This document shows positions 18,074 through 27,130 of a DNA stretch of 64,000 nucleotides, piece after piece. Location: the IMG/VR virus record IMGVR_UViG_2832410175_000003, positions 111,416 to 175,415 of that record, one strand, 5' to 3'. Every line of letters begins with the position of its first letter. Within the stretch, counting starts at the first letter, position 1. The translations under genes and the position numbers were made by a program. The notes beneath the pieces are model-generated. The model worked only from the letters and a program-made list of their open reading frames with translations. It was not told where the DNA came from and did not search any database. Source of the DNA: a virus. Its lineage: Duplodnaviria > Caudoviricetes.

Positions 18074-18283
18074 TCAGAGCAGCGCCGGCGTCTGTGCAAG
18101 AAAGAAGATCACCAGAATAGAGATCACAAAGGCCAAGATCCCAACGAGCAGGAAAACCTTTTTGCCGGGGCGGATTTTTGCCGCCTTGCTGATCAGCGCG
18201 GCCGCGGCGACGCATACCGCGGAAACCAGTAAAGCGACGCCAAGCATCTTCCACAGCCATGAAAGCTCCCAATACCATATCAT
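18074..18283 (-). CDS. Small two-TM membrane protein
   Basis: Two hydrophobic segments; SD GAGGAGG before ATG 18283. Confidence 0.6.
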   Translation of the reverse strand: MIWYWELSWLWKMLGVALLVSAVCVAAAALISKAAKIRPGKKVFLLVGILAFVISILVIFFLAQTPALL

Positions 18284-18429
18284 CACAGCCGCCTCCTCAT
18301 ATTTTTGTTCATAAGCACAGTGTATCACAGGCGCGGTATCCGCGCAACAGACAGTCGGAGTGAAAAAAGAGGTGTTCATTTTCCACGGTCTGTGTTACAA
18401 TATCCCCTGTTTGTGGAAGGGGTGCGGAT

Positions 18430-18696
18430 ATGTTTTACACGATGGAGGAAGCAGCTGTCCTCGGCGGATTTCTGGAACTGTATCTGGAACGGGATAGTGT
18501 TGACCCGGCGGTGCGGGAACGGCACCGGAAATTCCGGCAGGGACTGCTGGGCGGCGCACTGGAACGGACCGATTATGAATGGGCGGCTGCGGCGCTGGGA
18601 TTCCTGCGTCCCCAATGGTGGTCAGAGCATGAAGATCATCGGGCGTTGGAGAATGCCCTGCTGAAGACCCGGACATTGGCATCCAAAAAAGAATAA
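18430..18696 (+). CDS. Hypothetical protein
   Basis: ORF with SD-like GGAAGGGG. Confidence 0.55.
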   Translation: MFYTMEEAAVLGGFLELYLERDSVDPAVRERHRKFRQGLLGGALERTDYEWAAAALGFLRPQWWSEHEDHRALENALLKTRTLASKKE

Positions 18697-18782
18697 GAAT
18701 CACCATTTGCGGCAACGGCAGAGGAATCTGCTGCTGCCGCTTTTCTTTTGAAGAAGGAGGAACCCATATCAGCACAGAAAAA

Positions 18783-19172
18783 ATGAAAGTCCTTGTGGTG
18801 CGCCCCATGGAAATGCCTGAAGTGCAGGAGATCGACCACACTCTTTCTGCCATGCAGGAGCTCGTAGGCGGCACCATTCAGGCAGTTTACCCCTTCGATG
18901 ACCCGGTGGCGCTCATCGCAAATGACGAGGGCAAGCTGCTGGGCCTGCCGTGGAACCGCGCTCTGACCGATGATCACGGTGTGCCGTATGACATTGTCTG
19001 CGGCACATTTTTTGTTGCCGGTCTTAAAGAGGATGATTTTGCCTCGCTGACGGAGCAGCAGATCGAAAAGTACAAGGACAAATACAGCCATGAAATGATC
19101 CTTTCTGTTCCGAAACAGCCGGAGGCACATAAGAAACCGATGAAAAAGGAGAAACATGAATATGAAAGATAA
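18783..19172 (+). CDS. DUF3846-like protein
   Basis: LSAMQELVGGTIQ...ANDEGKL.GLPWNR...IVCGTFFV. Confidence 0.8.
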   Translation: MKVLVVRPMEMPEVQEIDHTLSAMQELVGGTIQAVYPFDDPVALIANDEGKLLGLPWNRALTDDHGVPYDIVCGTFFVAGLKEDDFASLTEQQIEKYKDKYSHEMILSVPKQPEAHKKPMKKEKHEYER

Positions 19173-20313
19173 CTGCATTTTGACCGCCGAGTCAGTCACC
19201 GAGGGACATCCCGACAAGCTCTGTGACACCATCGCGGACGCGGTGGTGGATGCCTGTCTTACGCAGGATGTTGCTGCCCGCGTTGCCTGCGAGGTCATGG
19301 CCACAGCCGGAAAGATCATCGCCGCAGGCGAGATCACAGCAGCGAAGATTCCGGATATCCCTGCCATTATTTGCAGGACGGTGCGGGAAGCCGGATACGG
19401 CGGCAGTGACTATGAGGTGGAGGTCATCACCCATGAGCAGAGTCCTGACATTGCGGAAGCTGTGTGTGGCGGCACGGAGACCGGCGCAGGAGATCAGGGA
19501 ATCCTGTACGGCTTTGCCTGCGATGAAACAAAGGAGCTGCTGCCCCTGCCTGTGGTGCTGGCCCATCGACTGACCCGCCTGTTGACCGATACCCGCAGGC
19601 AGGGCATCATCCCCGGCCTGCGTCCGGACGGCAAGGCGCAGGTGTCTGTGGAATACCGCTTTGGAGTTCCGTACCGCATTGCCGCAGTGGTGGTATCCTG
19701 CCAGCATGAGGAGGAGCTGCCCCTGCCGGAACTGCGCCGGGACATCCTGCGCCATGTGATCCGACCCGCCATGCAGGAACTTCCGCTGGACGAGCATACC
19801 GAAGTGCTGGTCAATCCCTCCGGTCGATTTGTCCAGGGCGGTTTTGAAGCGGACACCGGACTCACCGGACGCAAGCTGATGGTGGATACCTACGGCGGCC
19901 TCGTCCCTCATGGCGGCGGCGCGCTGTCCGGCAAGGATGGAACGAAGGTGGACCGCAGCGGCGCGTACATGGCCCGTTATATTGCCAAGAATATCGTGGC
20001 GGCGGGACTGGCAAAGCGCTGCACCATCAGCCTTGCCTATGCCATCGGTAAGGCACAGCCTGTAGCGGTGACGGTGGATACGGAGTATACCGGCATCTAT
20101 TCCGATGATGTGCTGGAGCAGGCTGTCCGTACCGTATTCAACCTGACGCCGGACGGCATGATCGGAACGCTGGGACTGGATCAGTCCATGTTCCAAAAGT
20201 TCTGCAATTACGGACACTTCACCCATGCGGACGCGCCCTGGGAGCGCACGGACATGACAAAAGTGCTGGAATGTGCCTGCCGCGCCAAAGATATGGGGGC
20301 ATCGGAGCGATGA
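19156..20313 (+). CDS. metK: S-adenosylmethionine synthetase
   Basis: ESVTEGHPDK, GAGDQG, GLTGRK and GGGALSGKD...KVDRS. Confidence 0.95.
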   Translation: MNMKDNCILTAESVTEGHPDKLCDTIADAVVDACLTQDVAARVACEVMATAGKIIAAGEITAAKIPDIPAIICRTVREAGYGGSDYEVEVITHEQSPDIAEAVCGGTETGAGDQGILYGFACDETKELLPLPVVLAHRLTRLLTDTRRQGIIPGLRPDGKAQVSVEYRFGVPYRIAAVVVSCQHEEELPLPELRRDILRHVIRPAMQELPLDEHTEVLVNPSGRFVQGGFEADTGLTGRKLMVDTYGGLVPHGGGALSGKDGTKVDRSGAYMARYIAKNIVAAGLAKRCTISLAYAIGKAQPVAVTVDTEYTGIYSDDVLEQAVRTVFNLTPDGMIGTLGLDQSMFQKFCNYGHFTHADAPWERTDMTKVLECACRAKDMGASER

Positions 20314-21044
20314 AGCATATCGCGTCCTGCTCCTTCGGCAAAGACAGCCTTGCCACGATCCTGCTGGCGCTGGAGCACGGGGAACCGCTGGATGAAGCGG
20401 TTTACTGCGAGGTGATGTTCGATAAAAGGATCTCCGGCGAGGTGCCGGAGCATCGGGCATTCATCTATGAGACTGCGCTCCCCAGACTGGAACAGTTGGG
20501 GGTTCCTGTCCGTGTGCTGCGTTCGGATAAGACCTATCTGGACCTGTTTGCCGGAACAGTTACTCGCGGCCCGAAAAAAGGACTTCGGCGCGGATTCCCT
20601 CTGTGCGGGCATTGCTACGTTCAGCGGGACTGCAAGCTCCGTCCCATCCGCCGGTATAACAGGACTCTGACACCGGATACTGTGCAGTATGTGGGCATCG
20701 CCAGCGATGAGCCGGTGCGCTTGCGCCGCTTGCAGGGAGATCAGGTGTCCCTGCTGGAAAAATATCACTACACCGAAGAGGATGCAAAGCAGCTCTGCCA
20801 AACGGCAGGGCTGCTTTCACCTGTCTATGCGTTCACAGACCGTGGCGGCTGCTGGTTCTGCCCGAATGCCAAGCGGAAGGAACTGCGGCACCTTTATGAC
20901 CACCATCCGGAGCTGTGGGCAAGAATGCTGGAGCTGCAGGCCATGCCGGGAAAGGTGTCCGAGAAATTCAACCGCACGGAGCGCTTTTCCGACATCGATG
21001 CGGCATTCCGAAAAGAAGATGCCCTGTGCCAAAAAGCGGCATAA
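20310..21044 (+). CDS. PAPS-reductase-like PP-loop protein
   Basis: SFGKDS PP-loop; RGGCWFCP. Confidence 0.8.
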   Translation: MKHIASCSFGKDSLATILLALEHGEPLDEAVYCEVMFDKRISGEVPEHRAFIYETALPRLEQLGVPVRVLRSDKTYLDLFAGTVTRGPKKGLRRGFPLCGHCYVQRDCKLRPIRRYNRTLTPDTVQYVGIASDEPVRLRRLQGDQVSLLEKYHYTEEDAKQLCQTAGLLSPVYAFTDRGGCWFCPNAKRKELRHLYDHHPELWARMLELQAMPGKVSEKFNRTERFSDIDAAFRKEDALCQKAA

Positions 21045-21058
21045 AAAAGGAAAAGGAG

Positions 21059-21700
21059 ATGAGAACCATCAGCAATCAGAAATATGAGATCACAGACATT
21101 GCCCATGAGGAATATCCGTTCCTGCACCGCATCCGTGCGCTGCGGGATATCTGCGGCGAGATCTGCGCAGGCGACATAGGTGGCTTCGTGGAAAGCGAAA
21201 GCAACCTGTCCGCGGAGCCGGGAGACTGCGCGTGGATCTTCGATGACGCCATTGCAGCGGGTGACGCCTATGTGGATCGGGACGCCTGTCTGCGGGGCGA
21301 CGCCATTGCCTGTGGCAGCGCCTATGTTTCCAAAGGCAGCGTGATGAGCGGCCACAGCCGCGCCGAGGACAACGCCTATCTCCGCGGGGCCTCCATGACC
21401 GGAAAAGCGCTGGCTTCCGGAAACGCGCAGATCATTCACGATCCCCATACGATGGGGACTCCCATCCTGTCCGGCAACTGCAAGGTGTATGGCACGGTGC
21501 AGGGGGATATCCGCATCACCGGTTCTGCCGTGATCCTGCCCTGCGAGGAAGTCCGCAACGATACAAGGGATACCTTTGTCCTGAGCGGCAAGAGCCGGAG
21601 CGTGATCCGCGGCATCGGGCGTGAGACTTTGAAACCTCTGCAAAAAGAAGTAAGTCCCATGAAAACAAAAACGCCAAAGAAACGAGGTGTGGAGCGATGA
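21059..21700 (+). CDS. Phage-type left-handed beta-helix-like protein
   Basis: HRIRALRD...GGFVESESNL followed by hexapeptide-like repeats. Confidence 0.65.
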   Translation: MRTISNQKYEITDIAHEEYPFLHRIRALRDICGEICAGDIGGFVESESNLSAEPGDCAWIFDDAIAAGDAYVDRDACLRGDAIACGSAYVSKGSVMSGHSRAEDNAYLRGASMTGKALASGNAQIIHDPHTMGTPILSGNCKVYGTVQGDIRITGSAVILPCEEVRNDTRDTFVLSGKSRSVIRGIGRETLKPLQKEVSPMKTKTPKKRGVER

Positions 21701-22470
21701 CCGTGTATGAGCAGGAATTGCGAAAGCTGTTTGAACACGGCGATCTCGTGGATCGGCCTCAATTCTCCGGGCGTGTGTGCGTGGGAGATCTCGGAAAGGA
21801 CCTGCGTGTACGGGCGGAGTTTCTCTCTACCCATATCTCCAGCCAATATGACGCCATCCGCCTCACGGTGCTCAACCGCACGGAGGGCGTGGTGGACCGG
21901 ACGCTGCTGCGCTTTCAGGATGTCTGGGGTAAAAAGCAGGTGCCGAACAATCCCAACTTCCGCAGCGGCGTCATTCCCCACCTGTGGGATGACTACGGAA
22001 AAGTGGAATGGTACGCCTATCATCCCACTGCCGCGGACTATGCCGCTCTGCGGGATGCCGTCGGACAGTATCTGTCCGCATTCCGGGAGCGCACGCCGGA
22101 GCTGGAACGGAGCGGCCCTAAGCTGGTCTATATCTGTGCTCCGCTGCGGGGCGATGTGACAAACAATGTGGAGTTTGCGCGGCAGAAAGCGCAGGAGGTG
22201 TTTGTGGAGGGAAATATCCCTATCTGTCCGCATCTGCTGTTCCCACCTGTCGCAGATCCCGACGATCCCGCCCAGGACGAAAAAGCCAGGGCGATGGGAC
22301 TGCGCCTGCTGGAATCCTGCCAGCAGATGAATGTGTACGGTCCGGTCTGGACGGATGGGATGTGGCAGGAGATCTATAAAGCCGGCGAGCTGGGCATCCC
22401 CGTGTTGACGGATCAGAAGACCATTGGACGGACGCCGCCTGCAAGACGCCTCGGCAGAAAGGAGCGATAA
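21697..22470 (+). CDS. Hypothetical protein with C-terminal nucleoside deoxyribosyltransferase-like (DUF4406-like) domain
   Basis: KLVYICAPLRGD...PICPHL...GMWQEI. Confidence 0.6.
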   Translation: MTVYEQELRKLFEHGDLVDRPQFSGRVCVGDLGKDLRVRAEFLSTHISSQYDAIRLTVLNRTEGVVDRTLLRFQDVWGKKQVPNNPNFRSGVIPHLWDDYGKVEWYAYHPTAADYAALRDAVGQYLSAFRERTPELERSGPKLVYICAPLRGDVTNNVEFARQKAQEVFVEGNIPICPHLLFPPVADPDDPAQDEKARAMGLRLLESCQQMNVYGPVWTDGMWQEIYKAGELGIPVLTDQKTIGRTPPARRLGRKER

Positions 22471-23061
22471 ATGCCGATTGAAAAGATCACCGCGGACGAT
22501 CTGCGGGATATGGAGCATCAGGAAGGGCTTGTGCTGCAGGGCTGCGGCGGCGAGGCGCAGGAGTGGCTGGATGGCATCAATGACCTGCTGACGCAGGACG
22601 GCATCCTGCAGAATGGCAGCCGCTTTGAGACGGTCAAGGTTTTTCAGCACGATGGACTCAACAATCTGCTGTTCCCCTTCGAGAACATTCAGGTGGATAT
22701 GGGAAAGCTGGCGATGTGGCGTTTGCAGACCCACGGCGCATTCGGCGGCACATGGCTGTCCGACTATGTTCCCAACAGACTGGGTGGATTTCGCTCCGCC
22801 CGGCAGGAGAAACCTCGTCCCCTCTGCCCTCTGCTGGGGCAGGACGGCAACATCTTTAATCTGATGGGTATTGCCGCCAGAGTTCTTCGGCAGAATGGCA
22901 TGGCGACAGAAGCAAAGGAAATGCAGACCCGCATCATGGGCGGAGCGTGCCACAGCTACGAGGAAGCACTGGGAATCATCAGCGAATATGTGGAAACGGA
23001 GCTGTCTCCGCCCCGCGAAAATCGAACGAAAAAGAAGGAGAAGCATGAGTATGAGCGATAA
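22471..23061 (+). CDS. Hypothetical protein
   Basis: Coupled ORF; LLGQDGNIFNLMG motif. Confidence 0.7.
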   Translation: MPIEKITADDLRDMEHQEGLVLQGCGGEAQEWLDGINDLLTQDGILQNGSRFETVKVFQHDGLNNLLFPFENIQVDMGKLAMWRLQTHGAFGGTWLSDYVPNRLGGFRSARQEKPRPLCPLLGQDGNIFNLMGIAARVLRQNGMATEAKEMQTRIMGGACHSYEEALGIISEYVETELSPPRENRTKKKEKHEYER

Positions 23062-23779
23062 TCAGAAATGGAGCATCCTCCAGGGGGATGCCCTGAAGGT
23101 GCTGGGGACCTTTGCCCCCAACACCTTTGACGCTGTGATCACCGATCCGCCCTATGCGTCCGGTGGGCGCACCCAGGCGGAGAAAAACAAATCCACCGCC
23201 CGGAAGTATTCCAGTATGGGCGAGAACGCGCCGCCCCCTTTCGATGGGGACGCCAAGGACCAGCGCTCCTGGACCCGTTGGGCGGCGGAGTGGTTGTATG
23301 AAGCGCGAAAGGTATGCAAGAGCGGTGCGCCGGTATGTATGTTTATCGACTGGCGGCAGCTTCCCGCGGCGACAGACGCTCTCCAGTGGGCCGGTTGGAT
23401 CTGGCGAGGCACCGCTGTCTGGGATAAGGGCAACAGCCGCCCGCAGAAGGGGCGCTTCCGCCAGCAGGCGGAATATATCGTCTGGGGCTCCAACGGCGAT
23501 ATGCCTATCAGCCGTCCGGTCCCGTGTCTGCCGGGGGTGTTCAAATACGGCAATCCCCAGAGTCGCATCCATCTGACGGAGAAGCCGCTGCAGCTGATGC
23601 GGGACATCGTGAAGATCACGGAACCGGGCGGGCATATTCTGGACCCCTTTGCTGGCAGCGGTACCACGGTGCTGGCGGCTGTGCAGGAGGGCTATACCGC
23701 CACCGGCATCGAAGTCACAGACACCTATGCGGAGCTGGCACGGGAACGTATCCGGGCCGAGCTGGAAAAGGCGGCATGA
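23045..23779 (+). CDS. N4/N6 DNA methyltransferase (beta class)
   Basis: TDPPY precedes HLTEKP and LDPFAGSGTT. Confidence 0.92.
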   Translation: MSMSDNQKWSILQGDALKVLGTFAPNTFDAVITDPPYASGGRTQAEKNKSTARKYSSMGENAPPPFDGDAKDQRSWTRWAAEWLYEARKVCKSGAPVCMFIDWRQLPAATDALQWAGWIWRGTAVWDKGNSRPQKGRFRQQAEYIVWGSNGDMPISRPVPCLPGVFKYGNPQSRIHLTEKPLQLMRDIVKITEPGGHILDPFAGSGTTVLAAVQEGYTATGIEVTDTYAELARERIRAELEKAA

Positions 23780-23805
23780 TCTATTGGGCTGTCTGGCAAC
23801 ACTAC

Positions 23806-23834
23806 TTGCTAAAACAGGGATAAGTCGGTATAAT
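23806..23834 (+). promoter_or_regulatory. Promoter of the kinase operon
   Basis: TTGCTA-17 bp-TATAAT. Confidence 0.65.
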
Positions 23835-23872
23835 AAAAACAATAGAATGGTGTTACAAGCGAGGACGCAGGT

Positions 23873-24145
23873 ATGAATGATCGAAACGCACAATATGATC
23901 CGGAAACGGGAAAGCCGCTGGACCAGTCCTATTTGGAATGTGGACTGCCGGAAGACCTCCACGAATCCATCCTGAGAATGGAGGAATCATGGAACATCAT
24001 TGATAGCGGCAGGCAGGATAACCATTGGGATCTTTGCTGGTGTGACCTGAATGCGCTGATCAATTCCTATGAAGTAGAGCAGGTCATCTCATCAGAACAG
24101 GCATGGTATCTGAGAGAAAAATATCTCCGTATGGGAAAGGAGTGA
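23873..24145 (+). CDS. Small acidic protein, candidate antitoxin or partner of the kinase
   Basis: 90-aa ORF directly upstream of the kinase under the same promoter. Confidence 0.65.
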   Translation: MNDRNAQYDPETGKPLDQSYLECGLPEDLHESILRMEESWNIIDSGRQDNHWDLCWCDLNALINSYEVEQVISSEQAWYLREKYLRMGKE

Positions 24146-24150
24146 GTATT

Positions 24151-25065
24151 GTGCTTGATTTTACAGCCTTACCCACCCGCAAAAAGTTTTATGCAGGAGC
24201 GAATGGCGCAAAGATCGCTGTCATTTACGACGGTGAACAGTATATGCTGAAATTCCCGGCACCCGCTCCTAAAAATAAAGAGTTGAGTTATGCCAATAGC
24301 TGCATTTCAGAATACATTGGCTGCCATATTTTCAACAGCGTTGGTATTGCCGCACAGGAAACGCTTTTGGGAATCTACAGAAAAAACGGTGCGGAAAAAA
24401 TTGTTGTTGCCTGCAAGGATTTCACTTCACCAGGAATCGTGCTGCAGGACTTCGCATCTCTGAAAAATACGGTGATCAATTCCGGACACAGCGGCTATGG
24501 TACAGAACTGTCTGATATCACACAAGCTATGGAGGACCAGACAGCCTTTTCACCCGCGCTGCTGAAACAGCACTTCTGGGATATGTTTATCGTAGATGCC
24601 CTGATCGGCAACTGGGATCGGCATAATGGCAACTGGGGATTTCTGTATAATACCATGACGGATGAGATCCACTTGGCTCCTGTATATGACTGCGGCAGCA
24701 GCCTTTACCCACAGGCTGACGAAAGCATCATGCGAAATACACTGGAAAGCCAGAAGGAGCAGGATCTTCGGACCTTTTCTCTACCTCTCTCCGGCATAAA
24801 GATCAACGGACAGAGAATCAATTATTTTAACTTCATTTCGTCGTTGTCTTATCCGGATTGCAATGCGGCACTGAAGCGAATCCTTCCGAGAATCAACATG
24901 GAGCAAATATTTACGATCATTGACGAAACGCCATTTGCGTCTGATTTGCAAAAGCAGTTTTATAAGACCATGCTGCAGGTCAGAAAAGAGCGAATTCTTG
25001 ATTTCTCAATGCGAAAATTGGAGAAACGGGAGCGTTTGGCGCACGATCATGATTTTGAACGGTAA
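24151..25065 (+). CDS. CtkA/HipA-like Ser/Thr kinase
   Basis: GANG.K, YMLKFP, SEYIGCHI, DALIGNWDRHNGNWG and APVYDCGSSL. Confidence 0.85.
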   Translation: MLDFTALPTRKKFYAGANGAKIAVIYDGEQYMLKFPAPAPKNKELSYANSCISEYIGCHIFNSVGIAAQETLLGIYRKNGAEKIVVACKDFTSPGIVLQDFASLKNTVINSGHSGYGTELSDITQAMEDQTAFSPALLKQHFWDMFIVDALIGNWDRHNGNWGFLYNTMTDEIHLAPVYDCGSSLYPQADESIMRNTLESQKEQDLRTFSLPLSGIKINGQRINYFNFISSLSYPDCNAALKRILPRINMEQIFTIIDETPFASDLQKQFYKTMLQVRKERILDFSMRKLEKRERLAHDHDFER

Positions 25066-25073
25066 TAATGACA

Positions 25074-25330
25074 GGCAGGGTGTCATCAAGACACCCTGCC
25101 GTTTCTATTTTGGGTGTTACATTGACACCCTGTGCGGAAGGACCCTGCGAAACCGGATGTCTGGCGCTGCTGCCAGACATTTCTTTTTCTGGAAAAGGTG
25201 CGGACCGTGTCCGCCTGTATTGGGATCAATCTACCTCTCAAAAAGCGCCCCGCCGACGGCGGGGAACAGCCAACGCCGCCGATGGCGGCGCTGGCGCAAG
25301 CATCGCGCAAATGTACATTTGCACAGCTTG
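25074..25330. other. Putative ICE oriT region
   Basis: Non-coding cluster of inverted repeats (GGGTGT/ACACCC twice, CCCCGCC/GGCGGGG, palindrome GCAAATGTACATTTGC) upstream of mobC. Confidence 0.5.
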
Positions 25331-25406
25331 CCGAGGATACCCCGGTCCCCAATGCCGCCTGCTGGCGGAAAAACTTGCGGCTATACGCCGCAGGAAGGAG
25401 AAAAAT

Positions 25407-25724
25407 GTGGATGAGAACAAGAAAGAACACCATCTGCACATCGTACTGACAACACAGCAGTATCAGCTGCTGTGCTGTCAGGCCAAAGAGTGCAGGCTGA
25501 CAAAACGGGCATATCTTGCACGGCTTATTGGGGGACGACCGGTCAAAGCCCGCCCTACAAAAGAAATTAAAGAGCTCCGGACGGAAATACATCATATCGG
25601 CAACAACATCAACCAGATCGCCCGCAGCGTCAATGCAGGAATTGCGAAGCCGGAGGATGCCAAACGGGGACTCTATCTTCTGGATCAGGTATATGAGCTT
25701 ATGTTCCGGATAGCGAATAAGTAA
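25407..25724 (+). CDS. mobC: Relaxosome protein MobC
   Basis: IGNNINQIAR motif; GTG start after AAGGAG. Confidence 0.88.
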   Translation: MDENKKEHHLHIVLTTQQYQLLCCQAKECRLTKRAYLARLIGGRPVKARPTKEIKELRTEIHHIGNNINQIARSVNAGIAKPEDAKRGLYLLDQVYELMFRIANK

Positions 25725-27130
25725 TGGCTGTTACGAAAATCCTGCCCCGTAACGGCGGCTTAAAAGAAGCCATTGATTATGTTCTGAATGGTGACAAAAC
25801 GGATGGGCATATTTTAACAGCACATTTTAATTGCGATCCAGGGAGAGAGTACCGCGAGATGATGAAAACAAAGCTGGAAACCGGACGATTGGATAAGCGT
25901 CAATGCTATCACATCATTCAATCGTTCAAGCCTGGTGAAATCACACCTGAACTGGCGTTGGAGATAGCCAAAGAATTTGTGCGGGAACACCTGGACGGGT
26001 TTGAGGCGGTCATCGGTACGCACGTGGATCGACACCATATCCATTCGCATATTGTATTTAATTCGGTGAATGCAGATACCGGCGAAAAGTATCACAGCAC
26101 GCAGCAAAGCTACTACCAGCAGATCCGTGCCATTTCAGACCGGCTCTGCCGGGAGCATGGATTATCCGTCATCGTGCAGGGCGAGCCTGCCAGGTCGGTC
26201 AGCTACATTGAGTGGCTGCGCCAGTCCAGGGGGCAGCCCACCTTCCGCTCCATGCTGGAGGCGGATTTGCGGGATGCCATCCGGGACGCCAACGACCTCG
26301 GCCACTTCTTTCTGCTCATGGAGCATAAGGGGTATGAGATCCATCATGGCGGCAGGCTCGGTTTCCGCCTGCGGGGACAGGATCGTTTCCAGTACCCCGG
26401 CAGGCGAGATTCTCTGTTCACAGAGGACGGAATCCGTGCTGCCATCCAGGGCAACCTGGAACAGATCGAAGCGGGGCTGCGGCCTGTCTTGCCTGCGCGT
26501 CCAGCGTATCAGCCGTACCGGAAACATCCCAAGCACAGTGGCTTCCTTGCCCTCTATGTCCATTATCTCTATCTGCTGGGCAAGATCGAAAAGCGGCAGT
26601 ACCCGCCCCGTATGACGCCGCATCTGCGGCAGGCGGTCATGCGCTTTGAGCGGTATCAGGCACAGTTCGCGTTCCTACGGGAAAATGACATCACAACGCC
26701 TGCTGACATGGCGGCATTCGAACAACGCACAGAGGAAACGCTGGGCAGATTGACAAAGCAGCGGACCCTCCTCAATGTGCGGAAGAAGAAACGCCAGCCG
26801 CTCTATGCGGCGCTGACAGACGCGGAGGCGCTGGAACCCAGCAGGGCGTTATACGAGGAAGGGTTCACCGGAATGGAAGAGGAATTCGAGCAGTATATGA
26901 AAGCCGTGAAGCTGCTGGAGGATAGCGGCATTCCGCAGGAGGTGCTGAAGAAAGAAAAGGCAGAAGTGTATGAGCAGCTCTCAGAGGTAAATCGGAAGAT
27001 CCGGGCGGAGCGGGAAAAGTGGAAGCTCTGTCGGGAAATCTGCCAGCAGACGCCTGCAATGGAGCAGGACATCCAGAAAACAGAAGAACACCAGAAGGAG
27101 GTGCAGGAACATGAACATCGGAGGCGGTGA
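25724..27130 (+). CDS. MOBP relaxase
   Basis: IDYVLN.DKT, YHIIQSF.PGE and THVDRHHIHSHIVFNSV. Confidence 0.92.
   Translation: MAVTKILPRNGGLKEAIDYVLNGDKTDGHILTAHFNCDPGREYREMMKTKLETGRLDKRQCYHIIQSFKPGEITPELALEIAKEFVREHLDGFEAVIGTHVDRHHIHSHIVFNSVNADTGEKYHSTQQSYYQQIRAISDRLCREHGLSVIVQGEPARSVSYIEWLRQSRGQPTFRSMLEADLRDAIRDANDLGHFFLLMEHKGYEIHHGGRLGFRLRGQDRFQYPGRRDSLFTEDGIRAAIQGNLEQIEAGLRPVLPARPAYQPYRKHPKHSGFLALYVHYLYLLGKIEKRQYPPRMTPHLRQAVMRFERYQAQFAFLRENDITTPADMAAFEQRTEETLGRLTKQRTLLNVRKKKRQPLYAALTDAEALEPSRALYEEGFTGMEEEFEQYMKAVKLLEDSGIPQEVLKKEKAEVYEQLSEVNRKIRAEREKWKLCREICQQTPAMEQDIQKTEEHQKEVQEHEHRRR

Noticed and set aside
15191-23779. Restriction-modification system
   Set aside because: No recognisable endonuclease beside either methyltransferase
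16018-23962. Long minus-strand ORFs (420, 422, 536 and 327 aa)
   Set aside because: Shadows of well-supported plus-strand genes in high-GC DNA
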